A stretch of DNA of 64,000 nt from Azolla caroliniana (lineage: Eukaryota > Plantae > Polypodiophyta): assembly GCA_043228905.1 (NCBI GenBank), contig JBHGNT010000012.1, forward strand, positions 20,522,001 to 20,586,000. Direction: 5' to 3'. The notes below the pieces were generated by a model. The model searched no databases. It worked only from the letters and a program-made list of their open reading frames with translations, and was not told the DNA's origin. Each line of letters begins with the position of its first letter. Positions within the stretch are counted from its first letter, which is position 1. Below are positions 25,330 to 37,075 of this stretch, in pieces. A program made the translations under genes and the position numbers.

Positions 25330-26000
25330 AGAATTCCATTTCTTCTTATGGGAGGGATGGAGTCATTGAACAGGTGGGGGGAGGATGGTCTTACGTATGC
25401 ATTCGGAAAATTCTATTTCTTCTTATGTGATGGATGGAGTCATTGTTCTTCAAATATTGCGTTCAACATGTGATTTTCATGGTCGAATACATCTGATTTA
25501 AAAGAAAGGAAAGGAAATCCATATTGCCATCGCTAAGCTAGGTATCAACTTGGATATGCTCAGTAGAAGCACTATTGATATGTATGCAACATGTGGAAGT
25601 AAACTATTCAATGGGCTGAGATCCCTCAAGGAGGGTGTCAATCACATGGCTTTACAGGAAGGCATGTTCATACATGCTGAAATCATGGATCGAGGCATAC
25701 AAAGTGACCTCTATACCATAATGCTTTCCTTGAGTTTTACGTTGAATATGTAAAATAGAGGATGCTTGGTCCTTGTAAATGTGATGGTGTATTGGATGCA
25801 TGTAAAGTTTGTCAAGGATTAGATGACCCAAAGGTGGTATCTAGATATGTTGAATATGAACATGATGTGGAAGATTTATTTGCTTTGAGCATATGCAAAA
25901 TCATGGTATGTTTCAACTATTGAGGAAGTGCTAAATCAAGTCTATCAAATGAACGATTCATGGCTAGCCAATGTCTTACACAAGATGTGTCGGGGAAGGA
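25330..26000 (+). pseudogene. Degenerate PLS-class PPR fragment
   Basis: Frame-broken motifs KEIHIAIAK..IDMYATCGS and LQEGMFIHAEIMDRGIQSD. Confidence 0.6.
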
Positions 26001-26654
26001 TAATCACTTCCTTTCCATCATTTTGTATTTTGTAGCTGATATGCTGTTTAAAACTAATGGAAGGATATATGTTTTCTAAATAAAAAATAAAAAAATTCTT
26101 ACATCATCAATGTGCCCAACAATTTAATGTAATGGTAGACTTCATTTTTTAGACCTAAGTAATGGAGGCCTAAATAAATACAAGTTATTCGGGGATCAAC
26201 AAAAATCAAAATTTATATTGTAAACATAAATTGCATGGTTCAACTCCTCGTGTTTGTGCTTTTGCATTCTCCTCATAGAATAATTTTGTTAACATATTTT
26301 GTTCTCAATAACCTCTTGAAAGAGCATTGAGATGTGCTATTCGAGCAATTATATCATTATATAATTGCATTTTTTTCAATTATATGTGAGATGTGAAGAA
26401 TTTTCTTTGTCTCAATAATTTGTGATATTTAAGTAGTCCTACGGTTAATTCATCCTCCTTTACTTAATTTCTTTATTCAATGATTGGAGAGTGCAACTAA
26501 GGTTACTAGAAAGGGTAATTGGGATGTTCCCAAGTGGCATATGGAGTCAAGCAATTATCATGCACTCTATATAGGATGGGTTATTCAATCTATTTTTCAC
26601 TTATATGGTGAAAAAGCCAAGATCATCATTTTGTCAAAACATTAGAGTTTGAAT

Positions 26655-27125
26655 GAACCTAAATATGGTTCATTTATTGGCTTCCTCAAGCTAGTCAAGA
26701 ACCAAACATATTATCAACTACTAGCCTTGCTTCATACAAGCACATATCAAACAAGTTTTGTGCATTACCCCAACATCCTTTGCAAGTCCTTGCATTTTAC
26801 ATACAAGGAAAATTCTTATCCATCAAAATTAGACACAACGAAATGAGGGTTTAGTGTTGTTAGCTCAATAATATTTTTCATGAGTGTCCTTTATAGAAAC
26901 CTAAATATGGTTCAATTATTGGCTTTCTCAAGCTAGCCAAGAACCACGACTCATCTTGCTTCATTCTTGAGCACATATCAAAAACGTTTTGCACATTACC
27001 TCAACATACTTTTGCAAGTCCTTGCATTTTATAGAGAGAGGAGAATTCTTATCCATCAAAATTATGGACAAGGAAATGATGGGTTAACTTTGTTTGATCA
27101 ATAATATGTTTTACGAGTGTCCTTT
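26655..27125. repeat. Two-copy ~240-bp diverged tandem duplication
   Basis: AACCTAAATATGGTTCA...TTATCCATCAAAATTA...GAGTGTCCTTT occurs twice. Confidence 0.8.
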
Positions 27126-27306
27126 GATCACATGAAAAACAAGTTTGGAGTCTAAAAAATAACCCATAAATTCAAGCTCTTTAACACATTGTCGATGCGA
27201 ATAGGTATCTTCAAAAGGCTTAGGTAATGGCACAAGAATCACCTCAACCGAGATTCATAGAAAACATGTAATCTTCACCACACAAAATCTTACTCTCAAC
27301 AACAAT

Positions 27307-27714
27307 TAACAGTCCGTAACAGTTCGGTTTGAACCGAACCGAACTACGGCTTAACAACTTAACGGTTTAAACGGTTTGGTTCAAGTTTAGGTTTTTTTTA
27401 ATGGTTCAGTTTAGTTTCAACAATTAGAAACCGCGGTTTATACAGTTTAATGGTTTTTTATTTTTTTTAAATTTGTAAATATTTTTTAAACAATCTTTTC
27501 ATTTTCAAGCCTGATTCTCACATTTTAAGAAAATCTTTAAAATTTTGAAATTTTAAAATTTAAAATAATGAAATATTTTCTAATTTTAAATTTGAATTTT
27601 GACCTAAGTTGAAAACCGAACTGAACCACAAAACCACAGTTTTAATGGTTTGAATTTCTTTAAATGGTTCGGTTTTGACAATCTCAAACCGAATTGAACC
27701 TTCGCCGATTGTTA
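27307..27714. mobile_element. hAT-type MITE
   Basis: Termini TAACAGTCCG...CCGATTGTTA, perfect 8-bp TSD ACAACAAT, AACCG subterminal repeats. Same family as 47018-47475. Confidence 0.88.
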
Positions 27715-28850
27715 ACAACAATGTCACTCCAACAAAGAGGAAGAAGTTCTCATTTTGCATGTCATTAACAACTCATCCCTCTCCTAACAAGATTGTTTCT
27801 AAGAAAGTTCTTCCTTCCAAATGCCCAAATCAAAGTTTGCAACATCTTTCCCCCTTATTCCATAAATATTACTTTGCTAAATTTCTTTTCTTCTCAAATG
27901 AATTTGCTTGTCAATAACTGTCAAATCTTTAACAATAATTTGCTTGTCTATTTCCATAATATGGTGGAACTAGATTGCTCAATGATGATTTAATGGTTAG
28001 GAATGCATAAATCTATTTGCAGGATATATGTATATGCAAGAGGTATTACCTTTGGGAGCATATTGAGTGTACTATGTAATAATAGAGAACATATGTTGCT
28101 ATTCATGTTAAGATATGTTAATAGTTGTAGAATTAAGATTCACGTGTGAGATCAATCAATTAAAATTTATTGTTAAATTTTACAATGTGTTGTCACATGA
28201 CATTAAGAGATCAATGACTTAAAATTGCATGCGTTAGCATGCATCTAACTGTGGTTATCGTGACCCTAAAGTTTTGTTTGATTTAGCCATCGAATGTATG
28301 GCATTTTCTTTGAAAAGCAAAATGTGCAAGTAGATGTGTATTGTTATTTGGAATGAGAATTGTTACATTTACTATTTCAAGGAAGATAAATAACGAAGGC
28401 TCAAAGGGACTTCATTATGTGCAATCCATGCTGCCGAATGCTAACATTTTATCGTTTTGTCTCATGAATACCAAAGTCCTTCAACCTATTCATTTATGTG
28501 CAAGGTCAAACTAGAGGTTTTTTATGTCAATAGCCAAGATTACTCGACCATAACAAATACTCCTTGCTCACGATTATATTATTAAGATTGACCTCATACT
28601 CCATGTGAGTTAGTCATAACCATTATAATAAGTATGCCTTTTTTTAATCAATCCTTAATGCTTCCACCTCTTGAGTAATAGAACAATGGGGCATTTGAGT
28701 TTGTTCTCATAGCTTGATGGACACATGGGATCTAGAAGGCAAAATCATAGAAAATACACAAGCCTTGTGAGTAATGTATGTGAGTTGTTCTAATGCAATA
28801 TCAACGGATGCATCAAAAAATCACATTCGTTGATATATAGAACCTCTTAA

Positions 28851-31306
28851 TCATCTTAATTCCATGGGTGCAAGTGATGTATGATGCCATTTGGAAAACA
28901 TGACAAAGAGGGCAAAAGTGAGCAAGAGAATGCCATCGAGGAGCCAATAGAAGTAATCAAGGTGACTGGAGTTCAAATCATCGGATATCCAACTCGTGAT
29001 AGAGGTGACAACTTGGACAATGAAGGTGCTCCCGAAATTCCCTAGAGCCATACCTGAAAGGAATATCGCCGTGGCAAGGCTTCGCATACTAACTGGTGAG
29101 TAAGTGTAGTTAAAATCCAAGTTCCCACAGGCAAAGAAAACATTAGTCAACCCTTCCAATACATATTGTGGCACTAACCAAAAAATGCTCATAGGGACCA
29201 CATCATCATCAACATCGACAACTTTTAAACCTACATATTTAACACTTCTCATGTGGGCTATCCTTAGCCTTTGAGACTCAACAATGGCCGCGACAAGGAA
29301 TGCACTTATAGCCATCAAGAGGCCTATTCCCATTCTTTCAATAGGTGATAAATCCTTTTTTCTTGTCTTCCTAATGAATGGTGCAATGACCCATGAATAA
29401 CATGGTGCCCCCACTACTACGGAGATAAAACTAAATAGCCCCATGGACGATGAAGGCAGTTTAAACACGAAACCTATTTTATTGTCCATAGTGGTGCCTT
29501 GAAGCACAAAGAATGTACTCTTTTGGGCAGTCACCGAGCACACCAATACACCACATACCCAAAAGGGTATTAGTCTCACCACACTCTTCACTTCCTTAAC
29601 ATCTTCAAGGGTGGAGTCATGTAAACCAAACCTTTCACAAAAAGTTATGTTTATCACCACATGGAAAATCCTCGCGAGAGGATTTACACCATTGGTTCTT
29701 GAATCCCGGATCCTCGGTATGGCGAAAAGCACCAACAAGAGGCTAAGGAGTCCTGACACTGCTGACATTCCGAACCCCATTGCCCATCTGCCTTGGTTTT
29801 GTACATAGGAAACACAAGTTGTGGCTAGTAACAACCCAACATTGGTTGATGCGATGTAGAGGGTCACAAACACTGATTTGTGGCTCAAGGAATCAAATTG
29901 TCCGGCTCCGAGCGAGACTATGTTCGGAGTAGATGATGCCGATCCGATCCCCATTGCGTAAAGAGCTACGTAGAAGGCCACAAATTGATAAGAAGTTGGC
30001 GATGTTTGTGTGCTTTGCTCATTGGCTATAATGCTCCCCAAAAGAGCGAATGCCATTAAGCCCTGGAGAAATGATTTGTAAGCAACAAATTCATGGGTTT
30101 CAAAATCTCAATATAGAGGAAGCTCGCATCAAACAATGCAAATTTCGTAGTGAAATTTAGGACCAAATTTTCGCCGTAAAATGGAGGTTTCCGATGCACT
30201 TTTCATCAAACTTTGTACGAAGCTCTTGTATTTCCCGTGGAATTGGCCATTAGAATGTCATACATGGTAACAAAAAGATCATGGATGGATTACTTAAAGA
30301 GAATATTACATTCTAATCTTCGATGATGTGGAAATCATATAGCGCCATCTAAATGTCTAAGATATATGAGAGCACACAATATATTATTACAACTTACCAT
30401 AACAAATAGTATATGGTAGACCACGGAAGCCCACATATGACCCACGGAAGAGTCTCCGATGGAAGCACCAATCACGGACATGAGGAAAGAAGTGCCTATC
30501 CAATTGGTCACAATATTGGAGGCGGATGCATTGTCCTCATCCATCATGTCCAACAAGAAGATCACCAAGTTCACAGTGCAACCCGAGACGGCCAACGATT
30601 GAAGAGAATGTGCACCTACATTATAAAGCTGTGACATGTTATCTTGTGACCTCAATCCAAATAAAATACCAACACATTGCCACATCAATCCAAAGCATTA
30701 TACCAATGTATCATTACATCATTCCAAAGCACGATACCAATACATCATTATATCAATCCAAAGCAATAATACCAATGCATTGTCACATCAATCCAACCCA
30801 CAGTTTGGACTTTTCCCGACATCACGTGTCTAGCAGTGGCATGACTGGATTTCAACAACATATCAACATTACAAGCTTTGGAAGGAAATTGCATGCATGT
30901 AGTACTTATATAATATGTATCTGTAGATGTATGCATTCATGTTTGGATGCTTGTATCTATAGAACATTTATGTATGTGTACCGAGCAAGAACATGGCGGC
31001 TTTCCATCCTCCAATGGACCGATATTGAGTTGAAATGAGCTGATCCAAAGTTTGATCAGTGGACCTAGTTTTGGGCCAACAATCAATCTTAGTGACAAAT
31101 GCCATACTCTTATTATAATCAACATCAATAGAATCCTCAACTACAGCTAAATCTGAGGCTTGTTTAATCTTTCCTACACTACTACTACTATCACAACAAC
31201 TACTACTACTACTAATGCTACTACTACTACTACCATTATAAGGCTCTATTTGGAGCAGGGGCTCATTTAGCTGCAAACAAAATTCTTGCTCAAACTTGGT
31301 TGCCAT
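28851..31306 (-). CDS. NPF: NRT1/PTR family (NPF) transporter, NPF7-like, 3 exons, ~584 aa
   Basis: Exons 30982-31306, 30398-30615 (218 bp, typical size) and 28851-30062, all GT-AG and in phase. Motifs GGWKAAMFLL, VNLVIFL, NIVSLGAGQFD, RMGIGL, MSIFWLVPQY, SMRSLA, WISDDLNSSHLDYFYWLL. Confidence 0.92.
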
Positions 31307-31622
31307 GGTAAAGAGTGGGCTATATAATGCAAAAGGAATTAGATAAAGAAATGCTCTGTTTTTTTGTAAACATTAGTTCCTTGCATTAAGACATTTCAGT
31401 TTTTTTTGAGAGGAGTTGGTTTGCCCATTCCTTTGAAAAGAAGGTTATAGAATCAACATTTTTCTCTTTGTTTCTTTTTCTTTACTCATTTTCTTTTACC
31501 TTGTACCTCAAGCAAAGGTGCAAATTATATGAACATTTCCCCGTGTGTGAAAGCGCACCACCCACCCACTATGCCTTGTGTTTTTGCTCGCAACTCCCCC
31601 AACAACATTACCAACGCTACCA

Positions 31623-31730
31623 AAGAAAACTTCTAAGAGTAAATTTTTTGTGCTAGGAAAGAAAGCTTCTAAGAGTAAATTTTTTGAGCTAGGAAAGAAA
31701 GGTTCTAAGAGTAAATTCTTTTTGCTAGGA
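31623..31730. repeat. 36-bp tandem repeat x3 upstream of the NPF gene
   Basis: AAGAAA..TTCTAAGAGTAAATT.TTT..GCTAGGA three times. Confidence 0.9.
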
Positions 31731-32939
31731 GGAAAGATGAAAGACGACACCTCGATTGCTCGTGATCCGTCTGATTAGCAATAATTTTCTCGAGATTAAA
31801 GAAAGACTATTTTCAAATCTTGTGAAATGTGCAACATACGCTAAACCTAGTTTTTCTTCGAATGTTGCGAATCTCCTCCAGAGTAAGATCATATCCAACT
31901 TAGTGGAATTATACCCTATAGTGGGAAAATGTGTGCAACTTGTGTAGTAGTTAGCTGTTGCATTTTTTGTATTATTATACCCCTCCATTCCAATCCATTG
32001 TTTAGAGACAATTATAGCAATGATATTTGTCAACTAGGATGTTACACGATCTCACTCTCTTGGAGTAATGAATACAACCAACTACAAAAATGTTGACGGG
32101 CTAGCATGTAGTTAATGAAAATAATGTGCATGTTTGTGAAGAGTAGTAGTATGCTTATATTGTGCACTAGCCCAATTTCAAAATTGCATAATATATTGGG
32201 TGATGCCTCTATCATCATTACCAATGCATAAGACCATTTTATGTATTAGATGGCGTCTCTATTGAAGTCTAGTGTCTTTTGTGGTGTGAATGTTGATGGA
32301 TCAAGATTTTGCCATCAATCAAGGCTAAGGCGCGTGCATTCACCCCCTTCTATAGTTGATACAAGAGGCTAGTTTTAACTTGGTTGTGTTCATGTGTCGT
32401 GCTACTATGCGTGAAGTTTAGATTTGATAGGATTGTAAAAGATCCTTCCCTCATAGATGATTTGGTTTTAAAACATCTTTTTTGATGTTATAATCATGGT
32501 CTTTTAAAATGTAGATTGTACTCCAACAAGTTTGCATTATAAAGTGGTGATTTGGAAATATTTGAAGTTATGACAATTTAAAATTGTAAGAAAAATAGAA
32601 TTAAGTTGTTGGGATCTAGTTACATACAATTCATTGATTGCTTGCATTTCCTCTTTTCTTTTGAAGTAAGAGAGAATCATGGGATAGAAAATCACATTCC
32701 AAGTTCTCATGGGCAATCAAGTGTTTCAACTTTCCTTTTGGACCTAAAATGATTATTTACATATATTGATATACTTTGTTGAGAATAATGGTTTTCGTGC
32801 TTTGTGAATCTCCCTTGAAGTATACACTATACAATACCTTTTCAGAATAGGTCTTGGTTTTGCAAATTTCAGCTTCCTATTTCTATAAGAAATGTCAATT
32901 TTATTCATGACTATGTAAAAATGTTTTTAAAATATGCTT

Positions 32940-33880
32940 AACAATGAAGCAACAAAGACAAAAAGCACAAAAAATACATATTTTGAACTATATTATAAAC
33001 TTTTTTGAACCCATGGAAACCAAAATTTTATGTGATACATTGGATACAAATTTAGATGTAATAGTACACATGCATAAGATAGTATCTTCATGCTTTTGGT
33101 GTGGGAGTTTTCCAAAGTGGCTCATCATGGACATTCAAGAGTACCAAATGAGAGAAGACTTTAGTGCATACATGAGTATTGTGAATATAAGATCAAGATT
33201 ACCTACTTCATACATGTATTTAGTCAACGAGAAGTGGCACCATTGCTTTGAATCATATATTGAATGTAGAGTGTCCATATGAAGCAATCTCAAAGGAAAA
33301 GGTATGCATTCTACTTGTGTCTATAGGTGATCAATATTGTTGTGTTCCATGAGCTAAAGACATATTACAAGTACACTCCAATAGAGTTTCATTATGGAGA
33401 TGATTAAAGGTAAAGACATATTACGAGCACATTCGAGCATAGTTTCTCGATGGGGATGATCACTAAATTGTGTGAGAAACGTAACTAGTGATGATGTACT
33501 CTTCATGGGATTAGAATCATGATATGTACTGAGAATCATGTTGAGGAGATTAATTCTTTGTGATATTAGTGAGAAACCCAAGGAAGATTGGTGTTTTATA
33601 AAGGATGAAGACATGGGAAACACTTTCAAGAAAGGTAATTCAAAATGATGTTTGCTACATTAAAGGCATATGTATGGATGATGTTAAACTTCGAAATTGG
33701 TAAACCATGGGGGAAGTGTTTTAATATCAACTTGTAGTCAATGGTATTGACAAGGTTTTAAGCATGAAGAATGCATTGACATGGATTTGTTTACTACTTT
33801 ACTATGTTCCATGAGGAGATTCCTTAGTGTAAATATGTAATGAATGTTCCATGGCGTGGCATGAAGATTTCAATTTTTGT
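32940..33880 (+). pseudogene. Highly degenerate PPR-like relic
   Basis: Broken PPR-like phrases such as KGMHS and LVDMY-like segments. No continuous frame. Confidence 0.4.
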
Positions 33881-35449
33881 AGATCCAAAAAAAAGTGCAT
33901 GATTTTAATGTTCAGCTAATAATCATTTACTGTAAAGTATCTTATGAGTTTGTAGAGCTGGCATGGTCACTCATGCATTCTATATCCTATATTTCAAGGA
34001 TTATATACCCATTATGTACAAAAGGGGGTTTACCCTATCAATTGACCTCAAGTAGATCAATGCCAACAATAGGACTAATCAATTATTTCTTTGTTTGTAG
34101 GCACATCTTTGTCTGTCTCAACACTCTTGCTTGTTCCACATCATCATCTTATGATTGGGCTAGCATCTCAATCCCTTCCTCATCATCATCCACCCTTGTA
34201 GAATTCACTATTCTTCTCTTGCTCTTACTCTTCTCCCATTTCTCCAACTTGATTTTTGATCCTACACTTCCTTCTAGTTCTTGCTCACATGATTTCCTTT
34301 CATGCTTTTCTCATAGTTTCCCACCCTCACAAGTATCTTATTCCTTTCTTACACTTTTGGCTTGGTTTGCCTGTGCCCATCTTGGGTTGCAACATGCTTT
34401 GCTCCTACCAACCTTGCAATGCCCTCTACTCTTGCTTGGGTTGCATTTGCTTTGCTTTGGTTTGCTCCTCCCTACCCTAGAGAATAATGTGGGTTTCTCC
34501 TTGTTATGGTCATCTATGCTCTTACCTACTCTTGTCTTCAACATGCCCTATTCGAACTTTTTGATTTGGTGTACTCCTCTATTTGGTCATGACACTTTTG
34601 CTCATATGCTTTGCTCTTGCCCAACCTCCACTTCTCCCCTTTTTCTCCACATACCCAACCCACTCTTTTGGTCTATGTGTATTGTTTATTTGTGCCTATT
34701 CACTATTCGTTTACTTTTGTAAGGTATTTGAGCTCTAATCACAAGTACTTGGAGTGATTCTAGATTGTGATACAAATATTGATTTTGTAAAAGATGTTGA
34801 TACAAAAGCTACGTAAGTGTTGTCCTCTTTGTCAGATGTTTCTACAACTCCATGGAAAGGACAAATATCTAACTCTATTCTATATCATTTTTTTGAGTTA
34901 CACATATAGGTTTCTGAATATGTGAGCTAAGGACACAACAAGAAGAAGCTTAGAAAGAATCTAAAATGAGGGAGACAATTCAATGACAAGGTAATTTGAT
35001 GGGCTGATTTCTTCATAGCATAATAAAAAGATCATAGAGATGTGATGCCTTCATTGTGCCATTATGTTAATGTGGCCTGTGGTAAACTTCAAGAAACTTA
35101 TAGAAACTCATAATAGTAGTGAACGTGACGAGTTTATACATAATAAACATGACTTTTTACTTATCAAACAAGCACACACACATACAAACATGCAAACAAA
35201 CAAAGCTACATAAGGACAAACACCATTTAAAAACAATATTTTTGCAAATTATTTAGAAAAAAGTTTAAAATTTTTTCCCGAAAATTTAAAATAAAACACA
35301 ATTAAAAAAATATTTCTTTGGTGCATCACATATTGACTTATAATTGTGTAGCTAATGTTGCACAACAACAATATGTAAATGATGCAATTAGTGACTTCCA
35401 TAGTGATGTGTTTTTGCATCACTAAAACCCTATTACATATATAAGTTTT

Positions 35450-36922
35450 GGGATGACATGCTGATCGTCGGATCGGATCGGATCAAAATCGGAAATCTGA
35501 AGAAGGCCTTGAACTGGACCTTCTTAATGAAAGATCTGGGTCCGGCAAGACAGATATTGGGGATGCAAATAGTCGGGGACCATACGGAGAAGCTATTGTG
35601 GCTGTCACAGGAGAAGTATGTGACAAAGGTGCTTCAACGGTTTAGCATGTCGGATGCTAAGCCGGTTGGGTCAACACTTCCAGGCAATTTGCAAACAGTT
35701 CGGAAAGCAGAGCCCGAAGACAAAGGCAGAGAAGTCGGAGATGATGAAGATACCATATGCCTCTACTTGATGTACGCAATGGTGTATGCTCGGCCAGATA
35801 TTAGATATGCAATAGGAGTGGTCAGCCAGTTCATGAGCAATCTAGGAAGACCAGTGGTCAAGTGGATACTCCGGTACTTGAAAGACACCTCGAGTATGTG
35901 CCTCCGATTCGGCTCCGGAAAACCTCAACTTAAAGGATTTACAAATTCGGATATGTCGGCTAATGCGAATACCAACTGATCTACATCCAAATATGTCATG
36001 ACTTATGTAGGGGGAGTTGTATCGTGGTAGTCAAGGCTGTAGAAGTCCGTTGCATTGTCGACAATGGAAGCAGAGTATATGGTAGTTGTGGAAGCCGGCA
36101 AAGAGGTAATCTGAATCAAGGACTTCATCGGAGAGTTAGGGATCCGGCAGGAGGAATTCCAGCTCTACTATGATAGTCAAAGTGTCATCCACCTCACGAA
36201 GAACGTTGCATACCACTCTCAGACCAAGCACATCCAGAGGAGATATCACTGGCTCCAAGAGAAGGTAGAAGATAAAGAGTTCTTGTTGACAAAGATCCAT
36301 ACGGAGGAGAATGGGCCGGACATGTTGACCAAGGTGTTGTCAGTCGACAAGCTGGACGTATGTCGGAGACGGATCAGATTGACGAGACATCCCATGCTGA
36401 AGTGAAGGGGGAGTTTGTTGGGAAACAAGTCCCTCCAGATGGGATCCGGATGAGTCGGATCGGATGGATCCGGAAGGAGTCCCGCCGGATCCGGTATGAA
36501 CCAGCAAATAGGAACATATTAGTAAATATGTTCAGACATGACTGTTGAGGTCATATTTGTAAATAGCCCCAAAGTTATATAAGTATAAATATAACTAGGG
36601 AAATATTGTTATTGTTGTGATCATTATTATAGTGTTATCATTATCGTTGTACATATATAGAGATAGAGAGGGAGAGAGAGAGAGAAATATAGAAAGGTCT
36701 CTATTGTAACCACCGGTTGGTGAATCTAGAGCTCGAGGTTGTTGCCTCTGAGTCTCTAATTGTACCCTTCCTCTCATAGTGACAGTTGGAGTTTGTGGGC
36801 TCTCGTGGTTTTTCCCGATTAGGGTTTTCCACATTAATACTTAGTGTCGTCTTATTTCTATTTTCTATTTTCTTCTGTTGAAGTAAGTGAGACTTGGTTG
36901 TGGCTGAGCACTATTCTGCACA
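35450..36922 (+). mobile_element. 5'-truncated Copia fragment (RT end, RNase H, PPT, 3' LTR)
   Basis: DDMLIVG...MKDLGPARQILGM, RPDI.YA, HSQTKHI. PPT GTGAAGGGGGAG, LTR starting TGTTGGG at 36416. Right end is approximate. Confidence 0.85.
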
Positions 36923-37075
36923 TTTAAAGGGTGTTGAAATGCACAAAGGAGTTAGTGAGGAATAAATGTGATGTGTACACGTAGTGGGTAGTGGGGGAGT
37001 GTGAAAGTAGAGGGGTTTTAAATGAAGGCAAGATATCTCCTCTGATAAAGAGACGAATATTTGACCACACTTTTG

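Noticed and set aside
26232-26250. Isolated B-box-like GGTTCAACTCC (and a weak one near 22340)
   Set aside because: No convincing A box or tRNA-like spacing, so not counted as a further cassette.
33895-34722. 275-aa hydrophobic ORF
   Set aside because: Low-complexity pyrimidine-rich sequence with no recognisable domain, probably decayed repeat DNA.
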